A program made the position numbers and the translations under genes. Under the pieces are notes generated by a model. It saw only the letters and a program-made list of their open reading frames with translations, was not told the origin of the DNA and did not search any database. This document shows positions 50,086 to 63,730 of a DNA stretch of 64,000 bases, in pieces. Positions within the stretch are counted from its first letter, which is position 1. Each line of letters starts with the position of its first letter. The DNA comes from Lepidodermella squamata (Eukaryota > Animalia > Gastrotricha). Location of the stretch: positions 620,001-684,000 of the forward strand of contig JBLDXI010000043.1 of assembly GCA_047495785.1 (NCBI GenBank), in the 5' to 3' direction.

Positions 50086-52878
50086 TTAGAAGTGGGTGAT
50101 GCCAGCTTCGTAGTACGTCTTGAAGATTTTCTCGATCGAGGCGATGAACGTGGCCGTGCGCAGGTCGAGGCCGAGGTTGTAGCGCATCGCCGTCTGCATG
50201 ATGGTACGTGCCGATCGCTCCATCGTGTACGCCAGACCAGAGTGCACAATGTCCTTCTCAGACGCACCCTATACATGCAATGACAACGACAAAGACACGA
50301 ATGTTAGGCTAATCGTGACTTGGAACGAAATTGCAAACTACACTTCGATTTGTGCACTACTAAAGCTTCCAGCTACTAAGACCAGCTGATCATTTCGTCC
50401 TTACAAGTTAGAAATGTTGAACTTACGGAGATGCGTCGTTCGAACTCGGTCGTGGGCGTGATGGGGATCTTGCCACCAGCACGGCCGAACTTGCGTTCGA
50501 GCGAGTTCTGCACTGAGTCGAGCAAGTGGAAGTTGGTGTCGCGCTCGTACTTGAGGGTCAAGCGGCCGTACGACACGTGGTTCAAGTTCTTGAGCCACTC
50601 GAAGTACGACACCGTCACACCTCCCGCGTTCAGGTAGATGTCGGGGATGACGAGCACGTTGCGCTGCTGCAGGATGCGGTCGGCGCCGGGCGTCGTCGGG
50701 CCGTTCGCGCCCTCGCTCACGATCTTCGCCTTGATACGGCCCGCGTTGTCCGACGTCAGCTGACCCTCGGACGCGGCCGGCACCAAAATGTCGCACTCTT
50801 CCTCGAGCAGATCGCCCTTCGTGTACGACTCGGCGCCAGGGAATCCGACAATCGTGCCATTGGCGATCTTGTAGTTCTCGAGCGCCTTCGGGTCAATGCC
50901 ACCCTTGGAGTAAATGGCCCCGTCAACTTCCTTCACGCCGACGCATTTTGCACCTTCACACAAAAAGAGACAAAGGATTAAATGATTTCGCATCGAATCC
51001 GTGATTCAACTGCCCCAACATCACAGATTTCCGATTTTTCTATATTATTGTTCACAGATTTGTGAAAATTGTCGACTTTCAATTAGCGAGTTGAGAAAAT
51101 GCATTCAAAAAATTAACGATTTTTTCGGATGCTGATTTTCCATGAATTTGTCAAAACTCAAAACAGAAACTGCTACAAGAAATCGACACGACAAGTCTAA
51201 GCTGTTGTGATTAAATCGCGAGTCAACAGCGCCATTTAAAAACTGAACGTTACTCCATCTAGCTCGTCCTCTTTCGATTATAAGCTGATTTTTTCATGAG
51301 ATCTCATTTTACTAGTAGTCGGTTGCTTACCAGCGCGGCAGAGGTAGCGCATCGAGTGGAGACCGACGTTACCGAAGCCCTGCACGATGAACGTCTTGTC
51401 CTGGAAGCCGGGCGTGAGGCCGATCATCGACATGTACGACGCCTCGTTGATGAAGTTCTCGGTGCCGTGCCACACTCCGCGACCCGTCGCCGACACGCGC
51501 CCGTGGATGCCGCCCTGCGAGATCGGCTTGCCCGTGATGCACGCGCGCGCGTTCAGGTCCAGCGAGCCGTACGTGTTCTGGTACGTGTTCGAAATCCACG
51601 CCATCTCGCGCTCGCCCGTGCCCATGTCGGGAGCCGGGACGTCGACGCCGGGCCCAAGGAAGCCCTTCTTCGCCAGCTCGACGGCGAGGCGGCGCGAGAT
51701 GCGCTCCAACTCCGCCTCAGAGTACAGCTTCGGGTCGATCTTCACGCCGGCCTTGGCGCCGCCGAACGGCACGTCCACCACCGCGCACTTGTACGTCATG
51801 AGCGCAGCCAAAGCTTTCACCTTGAATCATAAGAAAAGAAATAGTTTAATCGAAATTTTTATTGATTTTCAATACTACGCTTCATCATAATTGGTAACAA
51901 TTGAATTTGTGGTAATTGCAGTTGAAAAATTGATTAGATCGGAACTTTCAAAAATGTCAAGAATGTTGCTGCCCTCTTTGGGTTAAAAGTAGCCTTAAAT
52001 TTGGCTCATTGACCGCCTCAACTAAAGGAGATAGCTCACTTAGACATTTTCATCTTATTCAGTTGAAAATAATCATCCTAATTGAAAACATTTTCAGGCC
52101 AACCGGGAATCCACCTTCTGAAGTGAGAATTACCAATTTTTGTTGAATTTGGTTATAACAGAAGCGAGGAAACTCGGAGGGAAATTAACATTCAAGCCAG
52201 ATCCGAAAAAATGCGGCTTATTTGCGCTTGAATTGTGCTAATCCTGCTAACAAACCGTTTAAAATAATTTTTCAGGGAATTTTCCTAGAATGTGAAAAAT
52301 GGAAGAACAACAGGAAGGCGATTTCTAATTTTGAGCAGTTGTTCCACATATTAAAATTTCAATTACAAATACGCATAATAAGTATTTCATGGGAAATTAG
52401 GCATGCTTACCTCGGAGACGTTGACCTCGGGCGAGAAGCGGATACCGCCCTTGCAAGGCGTGCGGTGGGAGCTGTGCTGCGCGCGCCACGCCTCGATGAT
52501 TTCGACCGAGCCGTCGTCGCGGCGGATCGGGAAGGTCATTTGCAGGACGTGGGCACAGGGCTTGATCATCTTGAGGATGCCCTTGACGCGGCGCTGCTTC
52601 TCCTCGACGGAGACCTTGCCGCGCACCGGCAGCTCGTCGACCAGCTTCTTCTCGATCAATCCAGCCGCGCGGTCGAAGAAGTAGTCGACCATCTCGTGGA
52701 ACGGCGTCGTGTCTGGCGGCACCTCGCTCGGGTCACGCGTCTTCGTCTGAGCCGAGCCCTCGTGGTGCGACAAGGCCGCCTGCTGCTGCTGGCCAGCCGT
52801 TGTGATGGCGGACGGCATGCGGCGCATGAACACAGCGGCGCCCGAAGACACCGCCTTGCTGCTCAGTGTCGACAACAT
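50086..52878 (-). CDS. GLUD1: Mitochondrial glutamate dehydrogenase (animal type, with antenna)
   Basis: Exons 52878-52411, 51820-51331, 50953-50427, 50268-50086; [38 protein letters not shown], antenna region followed by [12 protein letters not shown]. Confidence 0.97.
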
Positions 52879-53344
52879 GTTTCGATTCGATTCGATGAGA
52901 AGCAACAACAACAACTACTAAAGATCCCTATGTGAAACAACGTCAACAACGTGATGAGAAAATCGACTTCATGAAAATAATCTTAGTTGTAGAGAGAGAG
53001 TAGAAAAATGAGGACGCGATGAAAAGCAGCGTGACTTCAATTGACATTTTTGTGCGCAAGACACACCCGAGCGACCACGTACATGACTGCTGAGTGTCCA
53101 ATAGTTCAATAGCCGCAAAAAACAGCAGCGGCAGCAGGCAAGTTTCAATTAATTGTCTGACGGGGATTGCTCAGAGAATTTTTCACCTGATAGATGTGGG
53201 GTAGCAGTTGCTGGAAAGGGCTGCTATAAAGCTCAAGGAAGGAGCAACTTTCTGGCAATTGACAAATGCCTCTAAGTTACACCGCAATATACAAAGAATA
53301 ATAAAGATAGCCGATTTTGTAAACAATAATAATCTCAGGCGAAA

Positions 53345-54091
53345 CTAAGCCCGCCGCCACTCGACATCGAGCTTGTGGGGCAGAAACCAAGGCAGGTGCT
53401 GTGTTAGTGCTTCGACTGCCTCGCCGTAGATGATGCGGCTCGCTAAGGTGCTGCCTCGCTCGTTGAAATGCAGTCCATCCGAGTGCAGCAGCAGCCGAGT
53501 ACTCGTCGTCGTGTCTTCGTCTGCTCCACCACATCCTGCCGCCGTCGCCATCTCACGAGTGAACGCTGCGTTCAGGTCGGCGAGGCGGCATTTCGCCTGT
53601 TCGGCAACTCGTCGCACCACCTGCGCGTACTCGCCCACTCGCGCATTCGACCGCTCCGGCTGTAAATGTTCGACTATCGGCTGCGGAGTGACCAGCACAA
53701 TTCGATCACTGCTGCTCAATCGCAACGAATCCATGATGAGTCGAACCATCGCGATCAGGTTACGCTCAAACTCTTGCAGTGGCACGTGTTGCGGCGATTC
53801 GTTTGAAACCACCGAGTCGTTCGACCCGATGAACAGCACCACGCCGGCGACCACGCCATCATCGCAATTGCATCGGAAAGGCTGCAAAATCAAAGGCAGG
53901 TGATACCGCAGCAGCCGCGAGTTGTACCCACCAAATCCACGGCACACCCCGTCGCAGCGTCGCTGCAGTCGATCGGCAATGCCAGCCGCCCATCCACCAG
54001 CGTCGCTAAAACCGTACTGCGTAGTCGACGAACCGAGCAGTAGCAGCTTCGGCACGGGCGTACTCAACGTAAATGCATCTCCGCGGTTCAT
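53345..54091 (-). CDS. IAH1: Isoamyl-acetate-hydrolysing esterase 1-like SGNH/GDSL hydrolase, intronless CDS
   Basis: LLGSSTTQYGF, RGFGGYNSR, FIGSND, QHVPLQEF, SDGLHF. Confidence 0.88.
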   Translation of the reverse strand: MNRGDAFTLSTPVPKLLLLGSSTTQYGFSDAGGWAAGIADRLQRRCDGVCRGFGGYNSRLLRYHLPLILQPFRCNCDDGVVAGVVLFIGSNDSVVSNESPQHVPLQEFERNLIAMVRLIMDSLRLSSSDRIVLVTPQPIVEHLQPERSNARVGEYAQVVRRVAEQAKCRLADLNAAFTREMATAAGCGGADEDTTTSTRLLLHSDGLHFNERGSTLASRIIYGEAVEALTQHLPWFLPHKLDVEWRRA

Positions 54092-56232
54092 TCACGACGT
54101 CTATGATGGAAGAGTAGAGGGAAGAAGCAAGAATAAGAGATCGGCCTGGTTCATTCACGACGTCGACAACTACGAGAGATAAACTACCACACCGCCTATG
54201 ATGTCAAACAACAACCATCACCACCCCATTGCAATTCAGTATCATAGATATACTACTACTACGACAGAAGAACAAGAACAAGAAACGACCTACTAGCATA
54301 CATGTGTATGTCTGTGTGACGTCTTCAAGTGGACGAGCAATAAAAAACGCTGCTGGTGCTGCTGCCGGTGTGGAAAATTGCCCTCTAACATAAGCGCACA
54401 TGCACACATATTAGGCTATTATATTACAATACCACACACACGCACTGCGTCATGCATAATACTACTAATATATGTGCGTGTGCTTGCTGTGGGTATAGTG
54501 TTATCAAAAAACGCAAAAAAACGCCGGCGCGCTCGACGTGTAAACACCGCCCATAAGCTAGCCTAGTTCGTATTCGTATTAACTAACTAACACGCGCTAT
54601 CTACCGGCCAAAAAACCCACGATAGCTTCATGACCGTGATGATGATGATAACACTGCGCGGAAAAATCGGGCAAAAACTAGGAGCGGAAAATATCAAACG
54701 AACCAAGTACCCATTGTCTACCACATTAACACGGCAAGTACTTCCAGCCAGCGATACAATTAACAGCAATGTGGTTATATATACAGACAGTGATTTAAAG
54801 CTAAAAATTCATTCCATCAGTGCTTGAAGGGTTTCATACAACATAGAAAACACTACATTTTCGGCTGTTCACTTCATTGCTGCATTGTCACCAACCGATC
54901 AACAATAGTTTCCAGAAGATCGGACAAAATAAACATTAATAAGCTTTCAAGCAGCGGGTAGCTATAGAACAGTCAGGGCAAGTCAGACCTCATATCCGTT
55001 CAACTTCCCTTTCATTTTCATTGATAAAGACCTTCATAACTCATTTACATAGAGATGGACTTTCACAGCAATCGCTGACAGAATTCGTCTATTCTTATTG
55101 GCGTCGCTAAACCTTCGTACGCAAGCCTTAACCAACAAAATATTTGCGCTACCATCTCAAACATTAAATGGCTTCCTGAACTATCAATCACGATTGAAAG
55201 TTGAAAGGACGATTACAACAATACTTGTTGCCAAATACAGACTACAAACGTTATAATCTCACATCGCGGATCATGCATCAATTCCTAGCGCATCCATTGA
55301 CACCAAAATGCTTCTTGTGAAATGAAAAATAGAAAGAACCACCTGTTTTCAGTGTAAAACACAGCAAAGCAAAAACATAGAAACCTACGATCTGTGATGG
55401 GGAAAAAGGTCACGAAAAAATTAGGATGTTATCAACGTCGGAATCTAGATTTGTTTGCCATCCTGCATAGAACTGTTTACTTGAAGCAAAATAACAACCA
55501 AATATGGACACGCTACCAATCCTTAATATAGCATGCAACTTGAAAATCTAAAAAGCGGACGCAGCTCATGGAATGAAGGGCAATGAGTATGTAGTAGTAC
55601 CCCCACGACGCAGAACTTTCGAGTAGCTCAGTAATTTTTTAAAATCTCAACAGATGGTAGCGAACCTGGAAAGTTGGAGAAAACGTCTCAGAACGTCTCA
55701 ATTCTGAATGGCCTCACGTAACACGTTTACTTTGGGGAAAACTGGAAAGAAGAAATGTAAAAACACAACCACAGCAAAGAACGCACTACTGCGCAGGAGG
55801 CACAGGAGGAACAAACGATTCTATCGTTACCCTAAGGGCTAAGGACAAGGATCAATAGAAGGAGGGCGTGGAAGTCATCAGGCAGACGAGTCTGACAAGC
55901 AAAGCCGGGCGGAAAAGCCACAAGCCACGATTTTTTTCGATCACGTGACACAATTAACAAGTTAACTCAATAATCAATAATCAATACGTAAAATTTATTA
56001 AATGCTATTTTGATTATTTCATGTCATCCCGAAATGAAATTTTGGCGTCCATTCGATTTTTTTAAATCGAAAAATTGAAAAGCTTCTCTTGGAGCGACCA
56101 CGATCTCAACTCGTTGATTCCTAGAACTTGTCCCAAAAACGAATGCCAAATGCATCCAATTTTTCGACTTTCGTCGATTCCCGTTTGACGGCACTAATCG
56201 TTTGCAGCATACCGCGAGGCGATTTGTGTATA

Positions 56233-57071
56233 CTGTATACGCGATTATTTTCGCGAGTAGATAATTTTCGCGAAGGCCCTAAAATGAGGGGTAGACAATA
56301 TTCGCGAGCGGAAATTTTCGCGATCAAGCATTCTGTGAACGGAAAATCGGGATTTTCGGAATATCGCCCAGGAAGGGTATAAGGTACTTTAAGGTATAAG
56401 GTAGAGTATTTTACCTCTTCCTGAAGCTACATACAAACAGCAAATCGCGAGCCTACAATCGCTCGAAGTGCTATGAATGGAATTCATCGTCTCACTTCTC
56501 ACTTTAGGCTCTCTCATACATTAGTCTATAGTCTATATCTCAGAAGTCGATTGATATTTTGTACGAAATCAGAGTAAGTTGATACGACTTGGGTTTCAGC
56601 CTTAAAGGAATGTTTTTAATGGCTTCCATAACCCAGCCGTGAGAGTAACCATAAAAATTCATCAATCGGTTGATTTGATTTAGGGCTAAGTATCGAAAGG
56701 TTTCCATCAATTCCTGGCGGAGCATTCGGTGTCACATTTTGCCTAACAACACACATTTTGAGCTATTTTTGTTTCTAAGGGAAAGAACATGGGATATATT
56801 TTGTGATAACATGAGATCTTTAGTCACCCTCACGATTGGGCCACTAGTTAATTGGCTTATACGCTCTCTAAAGGTGTATAACATACAGGAGGTACGATAT
56901 TTGTATGACAATACTTCTCGTGCATCATGTATTACGTTCCCAATAGCATATTCACGAGAAATGGGCACTGTTGTGATGAGAAAATTTTCGCGAATTTAAT
57001 TTTCGCGAGGTCCATTTTCGCTTGCGAAATTCGTGAAAATTATCGCCTCGCGAATATTATCGCGTATACAG
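56233..57071. mobile_element. Non-autonomous Tc1/mariner-type element, 839 bp
   Basis: TA flanks; about 40-bp imperfect TIR ctgtatacgcgat.a.tttcgcgag..gataattttc; subterminal ttttcgcga repeats. Confidence 0.85.
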
Positions 57072-57386
57072 TATACCTTCTGAAGTGCTTGAACCATCTT
57101 GAACTTTTATGTTTTGCACGAAGAAGACTTGCGTGGTTTTAATGAAACGTGGCCATTATGGCTGAAGTTCTGCATTTGACTTCGCATTTGAATACTGCAT
57201 TATTTCATACTATTCCATTATTGAATGCTATATAGAGGTTTTGGGCCGATATATGGATGCATCTGGTTAAAGATGGAAAAAAAGGCATAACTAACTTAAA
57301 TTTCGTTCACGAAGGTGACATGAGTAGTTAAAGACTCTAAGTGTAACGTGTAACTAACTTTGAGTAAAAGCTATGGGAGGTTCTGC

Positions 57387-57749
57387 CAGTGGCGGAGATA
57401 TGGGGTCTCTAGGGGTAGCACTGATACCCCAAGTCTTCACCCCCCAAAATGGACTGTGGCGCCCCATCAGAATTAACATAAGGGTGCCCCCTTACGTTTT
57501 TGCCTAGTGGCGCCCCTAAATTCGAAGTAAGCAGGTCGATGCAGCCAATTTGAATAGGTTGAGTGGTCGATTTTGGGGCTCTAAAACTCGCCAAAACAGT
57601 TTTCACCATATGCTTTTCTATAATAGCAAATTAAGGGGTATTTTCGATTGATCATCGTACCTGTCACTACCTAAGTCAGGTAGTGGCGCCACAGTGTCAG
57701 GTAGTAGCCTAGGTGCTACCCTAGGAAAAATTTCATATCTCCGCTACTG
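57387..57749. mobile_element. hAT (Tip100-like) MITE, 363 bp
   Basis: Perfect 8-bp TSD ggttctgc (57379-57386, 57750-57757); 16-bp TIR cagtggcggagatatg with one mismatch; subterminal ggcgccc repeats. Confidence 0.92.
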
Positions 57750-58709
57750 GGTTCTGCCTTTCAGAGCTTCCGCAGTGGATGGTGGAGACTAAAATCTATC
57801 AGATGGTATGGCTGTAAGAGTAGGCTTTGATGCTAGGCACTTTTGAAGCACGTTTCATTAACATTATTTTTGCTTATGGACTAATTTGTTATCACTTTTA
57901 GACTAGAATTAATCGCTAAATTCATTTCATGACTTGTACGGGAAACACAGCGACGGTGGACCGCAGCTGTCAGCTTTTCAAGTGTTTTAGCTGTTCTAGG
58001 AGCTGATATCTTGGACTGACGTGGTGTGACGTGGCGTTGCTGTTAGAGTAGAATAAATGGGAGCAGTTTAGCGTAAGGATGTTAGGAGAAGTTGAGACGA
58101 GAGATGACTAGGAGTAACGCTACTTTGCCCTATGAATTGTCGTCTCTTGGAGTGTTCAATTCTTCGAGTAACTTTCATGGAACGGAATACAAATGGACAT
58201 AAGTATTTGATGATGAACCTTGTGTGAATACTTTTACTGTGTGTTATGTGGACAATGCTTTTCAGAACAAACCTGTTACACAGAAGTGAATCTGGCATGT
58301 TATATGGTAGTCCAAGCTTCACTCTTGTGGATGAAGATACTTTGCAATAGAGTCCGATTAAAGCTTCTATGAGCAATCTGGTCTCAGCTCGCTCAATATC
58401 TATTTACGTTATATTCCGACCTATACTCAAAATTACAACCCATCTCGAGCCATTTTTCCAAATTTAAATGAGAATTATTGCGTGAATCTCGTTGTGATGA
58501 GAGTTTTATGTTTTACTTGGGAACACTTCGATACAATAAGGATGCAGTTGTATTTTTACTGAATATTGTCTACGTGTCGATTGCTTCAGTTATCATGTTT
58601 ATTTCTGTTTTCTAGGATTATATGTGAAATAGGCGAAGGATAGTAGCTGATCGAGTTAATTTTAAGGGTGTAAGGAAGAACCGGCTTAAAATTGGCCTTC
58701 TCAACGAAA

Positions 58710-61700
58710 ATGATGATGACGCCCCCGAAGCAGCCGCCAAAGGGTGACAACAAGCGGCAGCCGGTGTTGAAGCAGGTGACGATCCTGACCGGCGACGACG
58801 CTGCTTCGGGGAAGAGGTCGAACTTTTGCGAACTCGAGATCCAGGGCGGCGTGTCGGTGCTGAGTTTGGACTTGTTCACGCAGTACACGCACCTGACGAT
58901 CCTGCACCTGGCGAAGAACGACATTCGGATTCTGCCGAAGGAGATCGGCAACCTGGTGAACCTGGTGTACCTGGACGTGTCGCACAACCACCTGCGGGCG
59001 CTGCCGCCAGAGATCGGGGAGCTGCTGCGGCTGCGCGAACTGAACATCTCGCACAACCCGATCGTGGCGCTGCCGCACGAGATCGGGCGCCTCTACAACC
59101 TGTACAAGCTGTCGATGATGAACGTGAACATAATGAATCTGCCGCGGGACATGTCGCGGATGCCGGGCGAGCTGATGGACATGCAGTGCCAGAGCGTGCT
59201 GGCGCAGCTGCTCGACTCGATGCCGGCGAACGCGTTCAAGATCCCGCCGGCGCGGCGCATGATCAGCGTGGAGGCGCCGAACACGAAGCAGGTCTCGGCC
59301 GTGTTCACGGTCATGTGCTACAACGTGCTCTGCGACAAGTACTGCACGCGCCAGTTGTACGGCTACTGCCCGCCCTGGGCGCTCTCCTGGGACTACCGCA
59401 AGAAGCTCATCCTCGAGGAGATCAAAAAGTACTTCGCGGACATTGTGGCGCTGCAGGAGGTGGAGACGGAGCAGTTCCACAACTTCTTCAAGCCGGAGCT
59501 GGGCGCGCTCGGCTACGAGGGCGTGTTCTCCGCCAAGTCGCGCGCGCGCACCATGACCGAGAACGAACGCAAGCACGTCGACGGGTGCGCCATCTTCTGG
59601 AAAACCGAACAGTTAGTTTTTTTTCTTTTGATATCATCTACACAAGGATGTGAAGGCGAGGCAAGGGCTGGGCGGGCAAAATGCCAACTAATGTTTCAGA
59701 ATAATTGGATTTGTTTTAGGCTGTTGATCACTATCTCCTGTTATTAGTTCAAATTATTGGACATTTTCGTCTCGAAAATTTGGAGGTGCTACGCGAAGAA
59801 TTTTGCGGCAATTTATTTGCACAGCCTCATATTTCAAATTCCAGACACAGCTTATTCATCGCCATCATATTCCAATATTACAAAATAACAAGAGGCATTC
59901 CTTGTGTAATTTGATGGATGGATGGTTGATAGATAAGATGCTTATGCAGGTATTTGAGTAGAACAAGTGGCGAAAATTGCTGGCGCGAAGCCAATGCTAT
60001 TTTAATTAAATTTGAAAACTGCTCGAGTACACACATGCAAGCAACTAAAACTAGCTGCTGTTCATTTATTTTCAGTTCTCGCTCGCTCGCTCACTTGCCT
60101 AGATAGATGAGTAATTGTAGCAGGCCTTTGTTTGTTTGCGGTTTGCGGTAGGTAAGATGGAGAGAGAGATTAACGAGCATTGTTGCTGCGTGTTGTCAGC
60201 GTTTTGAATCATGAAATGCTAAAAGCTGATGATTATGAAGATGACCCAGTTAGTACAATGTGCTCAACTGTGCTCAAACCACGAAAATTTGTTAAAAATG
60301 TCAGGAAAAAATGACAGTTTCGTAAGCAAAGCCATATCGAGAAAGACTTGTTTGCTTAAAATTTGAGCATTTCAAGTGGGACATGCCACTCTCTGCTTAG
60401 TCACAGCGAAAAATAAAATGAAAATGCTTGAATGTTAAAAAAGTAGTCGGGTCAAATGGCGTATTTTATCGAATTGGTGATGCGGTGTTTCATGCGGCTT
60501 TAAGTTCGCTCTGTTTTCTGAAAAAACCAAATTATTGCAGCGTTTATTGGTGCCCTGATGTTCGAAAAAATACGGTAATTGAGGTAATTGGAAGGATCTT
60601 GAGGCAAATTTGAGCAACGTCATGATTTACAAAGAAATTATCTAAGATGTGGATGATACCTCAAGGTCAGGGGGTAAAGTTAGCCACTCTCCTTGAACAT
60701 TTGTATGTGGTTTTCGAGGGCTAAAAAACTGTGTTGTCAGTAAAAAGCTGTGATTTGCGTATGGAAAGTGTCATTGATCATTTTATCATTTCTATTTTTG
60801 ACAAAAACGGCCATCGTTGACTTGAACGAAAAAAATAATCGCTCCTAGATAAAATATGAAAATGAGCCCCCACACTGGTATTTCGCCCGCTCTAGCTTTG
60901 CCACCTTGACACCTTGACAGACGTGTGTTTTTTTAATAATTGATAATTCAATTGCTAATTGGTGTTTTTTCTGTGTGTTTTCTTGTCGTTTCAGTTTTTC
61001 ACTGCTAAATTTTAACGTTATTGAGTTTAACCAAGTGACGCAGAATTTGACGCACGCGCGCGGGCCGAACGCCGATCTGATCAACCGCGTGATGACGAAA
61101 GACAACATCGGGCTGGCGGCGCTGCTGCAAACGAAAGACCACGTGTTCCAGTACGGCGACGTGCCGCCCATCCACGCGAACCAGCCCCTCCTCGTGGCGA
61201 CGGCGCACATCCACTGGGACCCGGAGTACTGCGACGTGAAGCTCATCCAGACGATCATGCTCATGTCCGAGCTGAAGCAGATCATCGAGGCGAGCGTGAA
61301 GCAGTACCGGCCGGAGCTGACGGGCGAGGCGGTGCGCCACGACTGCAACACGATCCCGCTGATTCTGTGCGGCGACCTCAACTCGCTGCCCGACTCGGGC
61401 GTCATTTCTTTCCTGCAAAATGGCAAGATCGCGGCGAACCACTCCGACTTCAAGGAGATGGGCTACGAGGACTGTCTGCAGAAGCTGTCGACATCGCCCG
61501 AGAATGGCGAAGTGTTGGCGCACGAGTTCCGCGTGCGCTCCGCCTACGAGGAGGAGCACTCGCGGGCGACCAACTACACGGTCGACTTCAAGGGCATCAT
61601 CGACTACATCTTCTACTCGTACGACTACATGTACCTGCTCGAAGTACTGGGGCCCTTCGACTACGACTGGTTCAAGGAGCTGCGTCATCCGGCTTGCCCG

Positions 61701-61814
61701 GCCCCATACATTCCGTCGGACCACTTTCCGCTGCTGGCGCGATTCCAGATGCCGGTGCCCTACCCACGCCCGCCCTTCATGTCCGCCCGCGTCACCGGGC
61801 CCAACAACCACTGA
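58710..61814 (+). CDS. CNOT6: CCR4-NOT deadenylase subunit CCR4 (LRR plus EEP nuclease)
   Basis: Exons 58710-59611 and 60995-61814 (phase 2); LRRs, CYNVLCDKY, LQEVE, HIHWDP, GDLNS, IDYIFY, PSDHFPL. Confidence 0.95.
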
Positions 61815-62756
61815 TCGGTCGGTCGATCGACTGTGAATGATGAATCTGAGCTTCTCTCTCTGTCTCTGTATTTGTGTTTGTACGTAAGGCAGGCTGCTGC
61901 TGCTGCAATAAAGATGCTTTTTTCTGTCTGTGAGGTAGTTACATTGATTTATCCAACCAACTCATCGTGCAACACCATCGAATGCCTAATTAGGAAAAAC
62001 AGCGCAAGATGAAGATTCTTAGAGATTGTGCTTTTTGCTGTCGTGACGCCACAACGTTGCCATTGCTACCGCCACCTCTCTGTTAAGTAAGTATCTATCT
62101 ATCTGCATACTACTCACGCGTGTTACCAAGTACTACTACTACTGCTATTGAATGTGTTTGAAGAAGTAAACAAGATTGTTATCTAGTGTAGTTGCTGCCG
62201 TCATCATCATCACAACGGCTGCCCACCGTTTCGTTTTTCTGCCGCCGCCGCTGCTACTGCTTACACGCGCGTCGTCTTTTTACTGTACGCCTGTACATGC
62301 ATGTAAGCTGCGTAGATTTGCGAAATTTCACTTGCAAAGTGTGTAGCGTAACTTCTTGCCACCAATACATGTGTCTCATCGTCTACCTGTAAGTCTGCCT
62401 GTCTTTTATCCACCGTATATTTGTGGCTGCTGCTGCTGCTGCTACGTACTTGTAGTTAGTGCCCTGGATTATAGTTGTCTTTGAGATATCCGCAACTTTG
62501 ATTCGCTATGTTGGGTTGTGCTCTAAACATCTTCTATCTTTAACGGGTGAGCGAGTGGTTCTCTCTCTCTCCCCTCTATCTCTGGCTGTCTCTGTGTCCT
62601 ACTTACGTGTGTTCTACTGCAACGGGCGTGCGTCGTACGTGTATTCTTTCTTTCTTTCTTCAATTCTGTCTCTCTTTCATGTGTGTCACATGTCCACTGT
62701 TCAACAAACACTGGCTGTGGAAATTATTGATGGATGATACATCGATTATGAGTATC

Positions 62757-62792
62757 ATCTATCTATCTATCTATCTATCTGTCTGTCTGTCT
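62757..62792. repeat. Compound (ATCT)6(GTCT)3 microsatellite
   Basis: Directly visible. Confidence 0.9.
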
Positions 62793-63241
62793 ATTATGAA
62801 TGAATGGCTTCAAAAGTTTAACTACGAAAAGACTGTTATCATCTACACTTGTATACTACTACTACTTGGCTACAACTACGTCTACTATCGTCTCCGTCCG
62901 TCCGTTGTCTTCTACGATATGTCGTCGTCGGTCGTCGTCGTCGTCATACGGCGACAAAAGTGAATGATGATGATGATGATAGCTGTAGAAAAAACAGCTG
63001 CTCATCCATCTACAATTAATAAAATGAGAAGGAAAGCAAACATGCTAAAAAATAAAAGCTACAACAAAATGTTAAAACGAGACGTGTTTTTTTCTCAAGT
63101 ACACATGCGCATCAACTTGATCATCGTCGAATACAATTTCCGAGTCCGAGTTGCCGCGGTCAAGACGCTGTTAACACTAACAATGAAAAATGAAACTACA
63201 ACAGCGAAAGAAAGCCAGCTCACCTATTTATAGGTAACATA

Positions 63242-63670
63242 CCGTATTTTACGAATTGTAAGGCAGGACCCAATTATAGGGCAGAACCGGAATAAAGGGC
63301 AGATGCTAATGGTCATTTGAAATAATGAAGGGCAGAACCGTATTAATCGGCAGGGCCTTGTATGAAGTGGCTTATTACATGAGCGCCTGCTGGGTAAGTG
63401 GTTAAAGTTGGATAGGGTGTAATTTTTCGTCATTAAGCGCACTAATCGTCCTTTATCCACCTTAATCCAATTGATCAAACACTTCAAGCGTGTAGTCACA
63501 GGTGGAAGGCAGCAGCTATAGTTTTTATTCGGCGTTTTCAACTGTTAATCTAGGTACTCAACTGGTGACTGATTGGGTTCGAAAAATTCGAGTGCAGAGT
63601 CGAAATAAAGGGCAGAACTTGAACCTCGTTTAGAAAAAAAGGGCAAGGTCTTATAATTCGTAAAAAACGG
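63242..63670. mobile_element. Tc2/pogo-like MITE, 429 bp
   Basis: TA flanks; TIR ccgtattttacgaattgtaag vs reverse complement ccgttttttacgaattataag (2 mismatches); internal agggcag repeats. Confidence 0.85.
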
Positions 63671-63730
63671 TAAAGGGATGTAATAGCGTGAACAATGCGA
63701 ACGACAAAGGCAATCAAAAAAGGGCAAAAA

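Noticed and set aside
44317-54091. TMA16-GGCX-GDH-IAH1 same-strand run as an operon or glutamate-related cluster
   Set aside because: Gaps of 0.5-1.2 kb can hold separate promoters; GGCX acts on protein-bound Glu, unrelated to GDH; no Gla-domain substrate seen.
58068-58376. 102-aa minus-strand ORF, possibly a LINE 3' remnant
   Set aside because: No diagnostic motif recognised.
58701-61811. Long antisense and alternative-frame ORFs over CNOT6 (291, 275, 268 aa), and similar ones over GDH, DLEC1, GPCR-1 and TMA16
   Set aside because: Expected shadows of very high GC3 codon usage; Arg/Ala/Gly-rich with no motifs.
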